From NCBI GenBank assembly GCA_017654855.1, contig CM030333.1, positions 2,728,001 to 2,792,000 on the forward strand: a DNA stretch of 64,000 nucleotides, read 5' to 3'. Position numbers and translations under genes: made by a program. Below, piece by piece: positions 44,301-56,656 of this stretch (position 1 is its first letter; each line of letters opens with the position of its first letter). The notes under the pieces were generated by a model that saw only the letters and a list, made by a program, of their open reading frames with translations, searched no databases and was not told the DNA's origin. Source of the DNA: Podospora anserina (taxonomy: Eukaryota).

Positions 44301-47300
44301 GAGTATCCTGCACTGTGCGTCGCTGGTGTCCTCTCTCTCAGCGACTGCCTGTATCTTGTTGGGAAAAGGGCAGGTTTGATGGTATCCAATTGCTCGCCTG
44401 GTACGCACTCGATGCTGGCTGTTCAAGCAGACCAAGGTGACACGGAAGCACTCCTGAAGAGTGTCGATGACGATTCCGGTATCGAGATTGCATGTCGAAA
44501 TGGGCCTACGTCAATCGTCGTCAGTGGAGGATCGGATCAGATACGGGAGTTGCAGGAGAAGGCTCTTACCAGGGGCCTGAAGACAACAGTGCTCGAGGTA
44601 CAGTATGCTTTCCACTCTTCTCAAATGGATGCCATTCTGGAAGACTTCTCGTCGGTTGCAAACCGAGTCAATTTCGCAGCACCAGCCATACCTGTTGCGT
44701 CGACAGTTTTGGGATCGATCGTCGAAGGTGCAGGAATCATCAGTGCCGAATATCTGCTCCGGGGCACTCGGGGCCCTGTGCAGTTCATGGACGCGGTCGA
44801 AGCGGTTAAAAGTCTGCAAAACTCCCCAAATCAGCAAACAGTTTGGATTGAGACTGGGCCAAGCCCGGTTTGTGTCGGAATGGTGAGGTCCATGGCCATG
44901 GAAGGAGCTGCTGATCAGCTCCTCCCCTCAATGAAGAAGGGCGAGGACGACTGGAAGATGCTGACCACATCAGTGGCCAAAGCTTTCGCTGCGGGGCTCA
45001 ACATCGATTGGCGTGAATTCCATCGACCCTATGAGTTGTCTCTGCGTCTAACTGCGTTACCTCATTACGCTTTCGATCTCAAGAACTACTGGATTCAATA
45101 TGAAGGTGATTGGGCTCTGCGGAAAGGCGACGCAGATGGCCTCCCTAGGTCTCCCGCGGCACAAGACCGCCTCACAAAACTCCCGTCAACTACCCTCCAT
45201 CGTATCGAGTCCGAGGTCCGTGACAAGGCTGGTATCTCCGTCATTTTCGCATCAGATGCTTCCGAGCCGAAGTTGAACACCGCTCTCTGCGGTCATCTTG
45301 TCAATGGCGCAGGGCTCTGCCCTAGTTCTATCTACGCAGACATGGCATTCACTGCTGCATCGTACATCCTGGGCGACGCAGGGCTCAATATGTCCTTGGA
45401 TGTCCGGGACATGCAAGTCGACAAACCGCTTGTTATTCAACCAGGGGATACGAAGCAAATTATTCGAGTGTTTGCGACGAAAAAGATTGGTTCCGACCAA
45501 ATCGAAGTAACATTTGCCTCTCAGGATGGAAGCAGAAACGAACACCACGCCACGTGTAGTGTTGTATGCGGACGAGGAGAATGTTGGCAACACGACTGGT
45601 CCAAGACGGCATATCTAATCAAGGCACGCATCGAAAGTCTAAAAGAGTCCTCCAACAAAGGCCAAACGCACAGAATTCTCCGGTCAATGGTGTACAAGTT
45701 GTTTGCAGCATTGGTGGATTACGACACTCGATACCAGGGGTTGCAAGAGGTCTTCATGGACAGCAACCTGTTTGAAGCAGCGGCCAATGTGAAATTCAAC
45801 ACCTCTGACAGTGATGGCACATTCAACCATAGCCCATACTGGATCGATGGTTTCTCCCATCTTTCAGGCTTTGTGCTTAATGGCGGAGAGAGGACCCCTG
45901 CCGATGCTGTTTACATTTCCCATGGTTGGGATAGTATGAAGATTGTTGGTCAGTTGTCTGCTGGTAAAGAGTATCAGAGCTATGTCCGCATGCAAGATAC
46001 AAGCACACGCGGAGTAATGGAGGGCGATGTGTATCTCTTTGAAGGCGATGTGGTGGTGGCTGTTTGTCAGGGTCTGCGATTTCAGCGCATCCAACGCTCG
46101 ATTTTCGACCACCTCCTCCCACCGCCAAACAAGCCCTCTACCCCTTCGCAACCCATGCCGAGCCTCGGTGCCAAGAGGCAATCTTTGAACTCGCACATTC
46201 CGACAATCAAGGTTGAGTTGGTGGACGATGATATCGTGTCTTCGGATTTTGACCAGGTCCTTCAATTGGTAGCTTCCGAGGTCGGTGTTGACGTTGAAGA
46301 CCTGGCAGACCACACAGTATTTGCAGATCTGGGCGTTGATAGTTTGCTGTCCATCACTATCACCGCCAAGCTTGGCCAACTATGGGGCAAAGCCATACCG
46401 GCGGGTCTTTTCACCGAGATTCTGACTGTTGCAGAACTGCGCCGGTATCACCTTGAAAACATTGATAATTCTGAAGACGACGACCGTGCCTCGAGCTATG
46501 GCGGAAGCACTTGTGGAAACGACATTTTCAGCCAGCCTCAGAGTCAGGCATACACTCCGTTTACCAACACAGGGCTTTCCATCGGCACTCCAGTAGAAGA
46601 TCGAGCTGGAGCAATCAGAAAGATCATTGCCGCTGAGTTGGGAATGAGCATCGAGGAAATCGACAATGACGTACCTTTGGCGGACCTTGGTGTTGACAGT
46701 CTACTATCTTTGTCGATCATGGCTGCTATCAAAGCACAGACAGGTCAGATATTCCCATCCAGCTTTTTGATGGAATATCCAAGTTTAGCAGCAATCGAGG
46801 CTGCTCTCGGCCCTCGCCGAACACTACCAGCCCAACAGCTGTTCAAAGCCCTGGAAAAGGTGCAAAACAACAAGAGCATTCCACAGTCTGAAGCTGTCTT
46901 GCTGCAAGGATCGTCATCTTCACGAGAACCTGCCCTGTTTCTGCTCCCTGATGGCTCTGGGAGTGCCAGCAGCTATGTTGGACTGCCAAACCTGAAACTA
47001 TCTGGCCCTGTGTGGGGACTTGACAGCCCATTTCTTAACAATCCTGAGGCATTCACCATTCCGCTGGAAGAACTGGCTTCCTCATTTGCTGCAGAGATTC
47101 GAAACAAACAGGCTCACGGTCCGTACCGACTGGCCGGGTGGTCCATTGGAGGAACCTACGCATATGAGGTTGCACTACAATTGTTAAGCCATGGAGAGGT
47201 GGTTGAGTCTCTGACACTCATCGATGCACCATGTCCGGCTTCCCTCCCGCCACTGCCTATCGAAACGATCTCATTACTCGACAAAGTTGGAGCGTTTGAC

Positions 47301-47717
47301 GGTTTCAAGAACAAGAAGAAGGCGGGCAAGACATACATGAGGGAAACTGACCATGCTCACTTTGCTGGATCGGTTAAAGCACTGGAAAGATACAAGCCTG
47401 CTGCAATGCAAAATATTTCAACTCCACTGATTAAGTCTGTCACAGTGGTGTGGGCACGAGATGGCGTTTGGGACACGGTTGGGCCGGAAGTCAAAGCAAG
47501 GCATATTAAGGCACTGGGCCAAAAGAATGCTGCAAGAGACTGGATGTTGGACACAAAATCAGACTTTGGGCCGAACGGGTGGGAGATGTTGCTCCCTGGT
47601 GCTGAGATTCAGTGCAAAGTAGTTGAGGGCGACCATTTCACCATCATGAGAGACTCAGGGGTGTTGAAGCTTGGCGAGGTACTTCAAGGTACCATCGTCG
47701 GGCCAGCTCGAAGTTGA
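41309..47717 (+). CDS. Non-reducing iterative type I polyketide synthase (SAT-KS-AT-PT-ACP-ACP-TE)
   Basis: LLFGDQT and GLCTG (SAT; intron about 41599-41648), DTACSSS/HGTGTQAGD/GHGEAASG (KS), GHSLGEY/YAFHS (AT), GHLVNGAGLCPSSIYADMA (PT), two DLGVDSLL (ACP), LPDGSGSA/GWSIGG/GDHF (TE). No KR, ER or C-MeT motifs seen. Confidence 0.97.
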
Positions 47718-47939
47718 GCATCCTTCGAAGCTTTGTGGGAGGGGCGGGATGCGTCTCTTTTGTACTACGAAATTATCTTTGTTCTTTTCTAGATAGATCT
47801 CATCTCAAAATATCACTCATTACCTATGACCAAGGCGTTGTTTCGTGCTTGATGGGCTTGTCGTCCTTCCTCGACGTTGATTGGCTACGGAGGAGGCCTG
47901 CCAAGATTGACCGGTGCAAGTGCATTGCACCAAAAATAG

Positions 47940-48501
47940 GAGGCGGGCTAGCCATATTGTCTAACTTCCCTATCCATAGTGGCGCTAACTGCCTTGGGAA
48001 TTTACACAACGCTGCATTAAAACACCTATTTTCCAGGGCAAAACCAACCCCCATTTCGTGCCAAGCTATGCAGCAATTCTTTCAACGCAGCTGCCACAAC
48101 CACATTTAAACAACCTGTAATGCCACTATTCCCGTTGCCAAAGGCTCCGAGGAAAAGCTCAATTTGTAAAGGCTCAATTTTCAAAGCCTCAACTGACAAA
48201 GGCTCAATTGTCAACCTGCGATTCCATTCAAAATAGCTGGTTCGAGCCGCCTGGGCATGCGCGCCTGGCTCGAAGGCCTTGAATTTGAACCACCACTTGA
48301 ACTCCCAATTGCGCACCCGGTGTAATGGCTCTTTGCGCTGGCAATAGGAAGAGCTGACTGACATTAAAAACGACTATTTTCCTATACAAAATGGCGAATT
48401 TTATGTGCATAGCTTCTCTTCGGTCAATTTTGAACCTATTTGCCGAACATAGTTAGCGCCACTACGGATAGGAAAGTTTGACAAAATGGCTAGCCCGCCT
48501 C
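47940..48501. mobile_element. Non-autonomous TIR DNA transposon (MITE-like, possibly Mutator-type), 562 bp
   Basis: 51-bp terminal inverted repeats (47940-47990 / 48451-48501, 4 mismatches) flanked by a direct repeat: AAAAATAG (8 bp), or CAAAAATAGG (10 bp) if the terminal G/C is assigned to the TSD. No transposase ORF. Confidence 0.9.
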
Positions 48502-49232
48502 AAAAATAGGCCTCTGAAGCGATCTGGTGGAGCCTTTGTTAGCGCTCTGGTGGGGAAGAGTGACCCGTTCACTGACATCCAGTCTTTCGCAGTTTCACCC
48601 TATTCACTGTGTTGACAACGGGACCATGGCGCGCCTAGGATGTTTCGGCGGCTGCTCAAACTACCAATCTCAATCTTGGTGGCGTCTCGTCAAATCGGTT
48701 GACTCTGTCGCGGCAAACGGTTACACGCGAATACTCCAGCACCGAAACACAGAATCGATCAGTCGCATGTCACTGTGTGGATGGTGATGATCCAAAACAA
48801 ACCCTGCAATTCTTGGTCCTGCAAAAATGGAATATAAGTGACGGCTCCCAGACAATCGAACATGAGTTTTCATTGTTCTATTTTGTGATAGACTCACAAA
48901 AGCTGCTCCGTTTTCTTTTTTCTCTGTTTCTATTTTTCCTATTCAGTCAGGTGCTCCTATTTTCTCTCTCTTTTTCCTATTGTTGGAACGGGTGAATCAA
49001 AGGCGTTGTTCACAAGGGTTATTGTTTCACTTGTCTCCTTTGTGGTTCATCAACTGGATATAACTGTCATTTTTTCTTCGACTCGGAACAACCACCAACA
49101 TCACCAAACGAACGGCTTACAGCAACGTGTGTCTGAGACAACGATCTTCCTTGACGTCATTTTTCCCTTTTCGACAATTCACGATACGTTATCTTTATTT
49201 CCACGAAAGTATTTTTCTTGACATCTATCAAA

Positions 49233-50098
49233 ATGGTCGTCTTGAAGCTCGCAAAGATGTTCCTCCTGCGTAAGTCCCCCTTCTCTTCCATCCCTTGACA
49301 TGACTTTTTGCTAACGACCTTTTAGCCAAGGGCACCGGACTCATCCGTTACATCCCCTACCTCTTCATCATCCCCGTCCTCGTCTTCCACGCCCTCGCCT
49401 TGACCGGCTGCGTGAGCACCTCCCCGGGGATCCCCAACATCTATGTTGTCTCCCTCCGCTCCGCCGAGCTCGCAAACACAAACAACACCGACCTCGACGT
49501 CCAAGTCCGGATCGGCTACTTTGGCATGTGCGGCATCAGCGAAGAGCACGGCACCCTCTGCGGCACCGTCTCGGGCCGCTCCGTCGAGGACCTCTCCTCG
49601 ACTCTGTTCCCCGCCGCGACCGCATCAAATAACACCCTCCTCAAGAACGAAATCACCGATCTCATCACCACCGCTCAGGACCTCCAGACTGAGATCTTCA
49701 TCTCCATTCTCGCCGGCGCTGCAGTCCTCTTCATCGTTGGCCTTGTCGCGCTCTTTTTCTTCAAGCAAGACAGGAAGAAGAATGCCACTGAGTGGTATGA
49801 GCAAGGAAAGTGGAGCAAGATTGTCAAGCGCGGGACTTATGGTGCGCTTTTCCTCTCGGCTGCCATGACGTTTGCCTCTGCGCTTGCCACGAGCCAAAGC
49901 GCGGGTGCGCTCCAGATTACGAGCGCGGTGATGGAGAATGCTTCGGTTTTGATCAAGACTGGGACTACGATTCAGGTTTTCCAGTGGATCGCGTTTGGGT
50001 TTGGGTTTTCATTTGCGGCGGTGGTGCCGTTTTTGGCGAAGCCTAGGGAGGAGAGTGGGAGCGGGGAGTATGTTGATAAGGAGGGGAATGTGGTTTGA
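49233..50098 (+). CDS. Fig1/SUR7-PalI family tetraspan membrane protein
   Basis: ATG 49233, intron 49270-49325; LALTGCVSTSPGIPNIY, VRIGYFGMC claudin-like motif, four hydrophobic segments. Confidence 0.75.
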
Positions 50099-50450
50099 GC
50101 GTGCAGCTTTGGGGGCTTAGACGTGATGCGGGCTCTGGGCGGGACTTGGAGCGCGGGAGGTGTGGTGGTGGTGGTTGTGTAAGATAGTGGTATACACCTA
50201 ATTCTTGTTCCTGGATATATTTAGGATAATTGATGCTGATCATAATGATTATTTTGTGTTCATATTTGTTCTCATGTGTAAAGTTATGCCAAGGTTGTGA
50301 GAGACCAGCCAAGTCGATAAAGTCCAATGAGCGACCATGCGTTGCAGGGTAAGGCAGAGTGAGCGGCTCACAACGGCTCTCGGCTGCATATTTAAGGCAC
50401 AATGGATCTTTCGCACCGCACGCATTCACAGTCTTCTACTCTTTCAAGTC

Positions 50451-51519
50451 ATGGAGGGTTTGCGGAAGCTAGGCCATGAGGCCTCGAACAGAATCTTGTT
50501 CCATCCCAGGCCTGAAGAGCATGAATACATCATTATCGATTCACCCAACTCTGAACCAAGACGATGGGCAGGCTATCCTCTGCAAGATGTTCTTCTTACA
50601 GTCCAGCATGGCCCCCTTACTGACCCACCTTCACCAACAACCACGCCCACAGTGCCAGCACTTTGTTTTTTGTTTGGAAAAGCTGAATATCGACCACGAA
50701 TCGGAGGACGATTTACCCACCCTCCAACATTAAACATGTCGCGGCATGAATTTGACCGGCTATGGAAACTATGGAATACGCCTGCGGTGACAGTCTCAAG
50801 TGGCAGGGAGTCATTCAAAAAGTTGAAAACCTAAGCAAATTGAACCCATGGTCACCAGATGCAGAGAAGGACGAGAGGACATTGGATAAGGCGACGTACG
50901 GACAGCAGGCAATTGGAAGGGCTCTTGTCAAGATTGAAAATCATATAAAGCAAATGAATAGCCTTGGGGCGGTGGTGAGATCGTTGGAACACGCCGGGTT
51001 TTGGGTAGATCCTCACGGGGATAGCGTCACTCGCATGAAGAAGGCGGCGCATGAGATTGAACAGCGGGTGGAACAGTGGCATTTTCGGTTTCAGGACCTC
51101 AAAGAACGGGGAAAGAACCAGTTGAACGTGGTGAGTCACGGTCCCGAGTGCATCCTCAAGTGTTGCTGAAGCAATGCTGACTTGTGTGGCAGTTGTATAA
51201 CATAATCAATTGATGTGATACCGCTTCAGGCATCTCCATTGCTCAATGGGCGAGAAAAGACAGTCGGTCGATGAAGACGATTGCGGATATGACGATGTGG
51301 TTTTTGCCAGGGACGTGCATTGCAACTCTGTTTGCACTTCCCTTCCTGCCTGCACAGTTGGCAGCATTCTGGGTTTATTGGATATTCGCCATTCCCGTCA
51401 CTCTCCTGATGGTGGGGATTCGGTATTCGTGGTTTTCAAGGACACTGGTTGGCACCAAAAAGCATTTTGCACCGACAGAGAAACAATCAAACCACAGTGC
51501 TGCGGTGGGGATACATTAG
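50451..51519 (+). pseudogene. Pseudogene of a protein with a CorA-like C-terminal two-TM module
   Basis: Frameshift around 50760-50830, intron 51131-51192, in-frame TGA at 51211-51213 in LYNIIN*CD, then DSRSMKTIADMTMWFLPGTCIATLFALPF..FWVYWIFAIPVT. Confidence 0.7.
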
Positions 51520-52020
51520 AAACGAGGGGACGACTCACCGATGCCTGGCTTCCACTCCGCATCCATCAAGCGCAGGATTTTCGGGAAGGATGGCGTGCGT
51601 GTGGTGACAACAGAGTCTGAGATACCAGTTTGATAAGTAGATCTCAAGCAGGCAACTCTCATGCCCCTGAGGACATGTTACCACATGGACGACTTTGCTT
51701 GTCATTCTTACCTGTTATTAGACTGGATATGTAAATGCATTTCAAAGAGATTTTCAGTTTTTTCGATCATTCCTTCTAAGTTGTCAGCCAGCGACCGTTG
51801 CTCCTGCCAGACCAACTTGAAAAGTAACATCCATCCCGTCACCTGGCAAACAGGGAAGGAGTACTCATATTTCGCTACTTCTATTATAAACTGCCCACCA
51901 TTTGGCACGTCCACCTTTTTTCAACGCCATCGGGCACCTATTCTTCAACCTGCAACTTACACCCCGCGGTCCACCCACCGTATCGCCGTCGTGTTTGACA
52001 ATTACAACGACTGTACCATC

Positions 52021-53600
52021 ATGGTGACGATCCCGTCTCGGAGTCACGGCGACGCGCTCAAACGTAAACTCGACGACCGCAACTCTGATCGAGATGACGA
52101 CACCCAGCCCAGCAAACGCTCCACATTTGGTATCATCAGGGCGGCGGAGGAATCCCAACTAGTCACGGAGGAGTCCCAACCAGCCACGCTCGACACACTT
52201 GCCACTGAACTGCTCTGTCTTATCTTCCAACAGCAGACAATCACGTTCAATCAGAAGAAACGGCTGTCTCTGGTGTGCAGGCGGTTCCGCTTGATCCTGA
52301 GGCCAGTCCTTTTTCGCACGTTGGCATTGGGGACTGATGTGGAGGGGAGTGGATATGATTGGATGACATACCTTCAAAAGGAGGGACAGCACCAGTCGCT
52401 ACGTATGTTTATACCGAACTGATATAGAAATCCTGCTAATTGTAGTTAGCTGCGCTGTACGTCACAATTGGGTCCTCAACCACATCGATCCGGTGCAAAT
52501 CAATGCTTTCAGGGCGTGGACCCGTCGACAAATGCGGTACCTACCTACTTCTCCTCGCCATCCTCTGCAACAACCCCGACAGGAGCGAATTAATACGTTA
52601 TCCGAACGTTTTGCAGACGGCTTACCCCCCGCCCCCATCGACCCGTTACAAGCCTCCAAGTCCTAGCCCAAATGCCTAATTTGAAGACGCTATCCATGGA
52701 CGGCTTTGAAGATGAGTTCTATTATGACTCGTTTAAGTGACGGCCGTTATCTGGGATTACAATGGAGCACTGCTGGTCCGTTCTCTCATCGGTCCAGGTC
52801 TTGACAGTGAGTCCCCATCTTGGGAGTCTAATGTTCAGCGACCAACTTCATGCGCTCCTGATAAGATGCTGCCCCAGTGTCCAGACTCTTCGAATCAACA
52901 TTCGCGACAATTCGTGGGGTGTCTTGATACGTGGGATGAGCGATGCTTCTGGGATTGGATGGCATTAGCACTGAAGCAGGCATTCAGGTTGTCCAAGCTC
53001 GTCGACCTCTAGATGTTTCAATTTGGCTACTTCGCCCAGCTCAATTCGGACATTGGAACCAGGGGGGAGAGAAAGATAAAGAAGTGTAGGGGCGGTTGGA
53101 CTCCATATGATATCTATGGTAAGTTCGTTCTCTTTATAGTTGCCCATATCTTTCATGTCATGCTAATACGGCTCCACTTCAGAAATCCACAGATATTTCC
53201 CACATATCACTCGCCCGTCTTTTTATGGCAGCATTGATCTATCTATGATTGATGTCGATCCGGACGAGTCAGACGAGTCATACCAGCAGGATGGGCCATA
53301 CGAGACAGATGAGCCATACAAGATCAAGGAGTTTGCCCCCATGTTCAAACGCTTCAAAAGGCTTGAACAACTGGTGATGACAGATGAGCCTATGATGTCT
53401 TCTTGTACGTTTGAAGACTGGTGGGGAATGAAGAGGGGGCGGTCGAGAGTGGGGCCATCATTGTGAATGGCTGTACCCACGTCTGAGCAATTGTGATAAA
53501 CAATGGCTGAAATCAGCCCGCGCGATCTTTCAAGCCTGTGGAGAGCAGCTGACTCGGATTTCTTTCGTCAACAAAAATAAGGGAACGGAGTACATCAGAG
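52021..53600 (+). pseudogene. F-box-like protein pseudogene
   Basis: LDTLATELLCLIF..LSLVCRRFRLILRPVLFRTL F-box pattern; downstream LRR-like pieces (MPNLKTLSM, CCPSVQTLRI, FKRLEQLVM) interrupted by stops (TGA near 52738, TAG near 53010, TGA 53464) and frame changes. The 3' end is uncertain. Confidence 0.6.
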
Positions 53601-54409
53601 ACCCGGATGACGCCAACAAGCCTGTGGTGGCGCGTAAGTTTCACAACCAATTGTTCACTTATCTTACATATGCTATGTCTCGCGGGAAGGATGACAGCCC
53701 GATTCGGGTGCTGCAGTAGCCATCACATAGAAGATCATGTAGACTGTACCTTGGAATTGGGGCTTAATACAATAGGGATGCCCTTAAAACCTCTTGCTGG
53801 CTTGACATGGTACTGTGTGCATCACGGTATGGTATCGCATTCTGCAGAAGAACACAACGTGGTAAACATCATGTACGATGCTGTAAGGGCAAAAATGTAT
53901 ACATTGCAACATGGAATTACAGGCTCAAAGGACAGTTAATATATTTTACTAGTAATTAATAGACCTTTAAAGATTGTCGAAAGGACTTAACAACTTGGCG
54001 CAATATTTAGTATTTTATCCATAACGGGTCTAGGTAGAAGAGGGTGCAAGTCCAAAAGGTGATGACATAACGAGTCTGTGCCAAACCAGCTGAGGGAATT
54101 TACTTTCCCTTCATTCTTGGAAGTATGGCTTGGATTCTTGCGCCAATTCAGCAGGCATGTTTGCAGCTTCTGCTGTGGTTGAAACTAGCTCTTTGGTGCC
54201 GGGGATCCCTAGCTCAAGGCGAGACATTCACATCATGTTGACGATTTGGTTGCCTCACTGGATCCCATGGCCCGATCCAAGCTCTACAAAATTGCCAAAA
54301 TGATGGGGCAAATCTGGAAGTATTCAAAATGATTAGGTATCATTGAAGCCAAAATATGGGTTACTACTCCTCTTCCTTCAGCCCCCCTACATGACCCTCA
54401 GCCCGGTGC

Positions 54410-55299
54410 TTAAACGGCCTCCACCTTCTTGTGCAACTCTAAAATCTGACCAAGAGTCAGCATCGTAGGCGACCGCGTAAACCCCTCCTGAAACGGCAGC
54501 CTCTCCTCTTCTGTCACTTCATGTCAGCAAGCCCAATCATCATTTTGCTGATACGATAAAAAAGAACATACCAAACAGCACCTTGACCCAATCAGTCCGC
54601 GCATTCCCCTGTGTTCCCTCCCCAAAGACCATGAGATACAGACTGGTCTCCAAAATGGAGAACCTGTTCTGATCCTCGGTCAGGCTAAACTCCGGGTTGG
54701 AAGCCCTTGCGCTCTCCACTCTTTCCTTTCTGGCCGCTGCGGCAACTTGGAGGGGGATTTTCTCCAGTCCTCGAAAGTGTTTAAATACTGTTTCCCACGT
54801 CTCGGGGGAAAAGGAGTGGTTGTCGCCGAAAAAGACGTCTTTTCTGCTGAGGGAGGCGTCGTGTTCGATGACTGAGGGAGAGGTGGGGGGCATGTGTCAG
54901 CGTTGCTTACTCATGGGGTGGCAGGGGGGGGAGCTCACCGCCGTGTTTGTTCAGGTCGTCCAGGTTGAAGGTTAGCCAGCTGCCAGTGGTGGAGGTTTGG
55001 AGGGCTTTGAGGCCGACGATGAGGGTTGCGTCGGGGGCGAGGTTGACGCCCTCTTTGGCGGCTTGGATGAGCTTGAGGAGGGAGACGTTGGACCCATCTC
55101 GGGGAAGGTAGGCGTGGTTTGCGAGAGCGTTGACCATCGGACATGGGCTGCGTTTATCGGTGGCGGAAGGGGCTTGGAAGGCATGGTCCTGTTGGTGGTT
55201 GGTGTCCTGGTTGGGGGAAGTTATGAGGGACTCGATCGTGCTGTAGGTTGCGGTGAATATGGAGGAGAAGGATGTGATGACTTTGAAGGCGAGCGACAT
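54410..55299 (-). CDS. Heme-thiolate peroxidase (short unspecific peroxygenase/chloroperoxidase family), 3 exons
   Basis: DKRSPCPMVNALANHAYLPRDG (PCP heme ligand), IEHDASLSRKD (EHD-S), EERLPFQEGF in the last exon. Confidence 0.92.
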
Positions 55300-55768
55300 T
55301 TCGGCTTTGGGTGATGATGACTGGGGAAGTGATGGTTGCTTAGGAGGCCGGGAGGGGTTGCTGTTGGTGGGGGTAGTTGGATATTTTGGTACAAAAGATG
55401 CTGGATGGATGGGCTCGGAAATGTATCAGCAAAAGGATCAAAACAGGTCCGAGACTTTTAAAGGAGTACGATTTGATTTAATCCTCGCGAGCTCATGTTT
55501 TGGGATCTGAGTGAGATGCACGTGCCCTTAGTCACACACATTCAGCACCGTGTGTCTGAGGTGACATCTGACTGGGTCAAGTGCATGCCAAAATTATCCT
55601 AGTCTAGTGCTCACGCTGTGTTTCACACCGAGAAACTCATGTGAGCCAATCTTGTGGGTGGAGTTTCAAAGCCACCGAATCTTTGCCGCCAGCTGCAACC
55701 TGGAAGCTGTTCAGTCTCCATGTCAAAACCTTATTCCAACCTCCCTTGCCAGCCAGCCATCACTCATT

Positions 55769-56133
55769 TTATGAACAGAATAGCTCAGCAAGCTTGGCAT
55801 TAATGGCGGGGACATGACAACCGAGACAACGGCAGTACTGCATTTAGAATGTACCAGTCAGTCTCACTGATCAATGTCATGTCGCCTCATGTCACTCACT
55901 TTCTGGGCTCCTGGTAGACTGCTCGCTGTCCCCTCATGTTCCACACACTCGATCAAAGCATTTTTCGTCGCCCGTTGAGGATTGTCGAGTATCAAAGCCG
56001 CTATACACTGCGAGGAATTCATCACATCGTGACAAGCTAATTCGGAGTCGGGACACTGCGTGTTTGACGCTTGAGCAGACACCATTGTGCTAAAGAAAAG
56101 AATTGCTAAACACCGCATTGTGAGGAAATGCAT
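55769..56133 (-). CDS. Small secreted cysteine-rich protein (about 100 aa), 2 exons
   Basis: Signal (MHFLT)MRCLAILFFSTMVSA; CPDSELACHDVMNSSQCI..CVEHEG, intron GTGAGT..CTGAC..CAG, then YCRCLGCH..FCS-stop; 8 Cys in the mature part. Confidence 0.75.
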
Positions 56134-56656
56134 GTTGAGTGGCGGATAGAGTGACCATTGAGCTCCAAGCAGCCCAAACTTCAAGGAGACCAGCACCTGC
56201 CTTCTTTATAATTACCCCGCAGGCTTCATGCCACTAAAGATTGGACCACGTTTTTTTGCTTCAATCTACTAGCGAACTGCCACCCCTCAAGAGAGGATAA
56301 TCATCATCAATCTACACGGCATGGAAGCAATATGTGCTGTCAATACGGCAACCAATCAGAGCCTCATGTCGCCCGTCCATTACCCCCGACAAGACATGTA
56401 TCAACACTCCTGCAGCGCAAGATATGGTTTTCGTGCGGCTAATGTAGGATGTTGATAGATTGCGCTTCGGTAATCAATATCCCCTCTCAGTTACCGGGTT
56501 CAAAGTGACGGCATGTATACCTGGGTCCCGGGCATCGACAAAGGCCCCATACTTCCTTGACCTTTCGTTTTGTTCCCCGATTTTTTCTGGCCTCTGGGTT
56601 AAAGGTTTTCGCTCAAACATATCATAACTCAAAGCTTCTACATCCAACTGGCAAGA

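Noticed and set aside
46206-46213. ATCAAGGT inside the PKS
   Set aside because: Single copy within coding sequence, consistent with chance.
41309-47717. Naming the PKS as the DHN-melanin PKS or another known synthase
   Set aside because: The domain order is shared by several NR-PKS groups and no melanin-pathway neighbours are present; it cannot be assigned without phylogeny.
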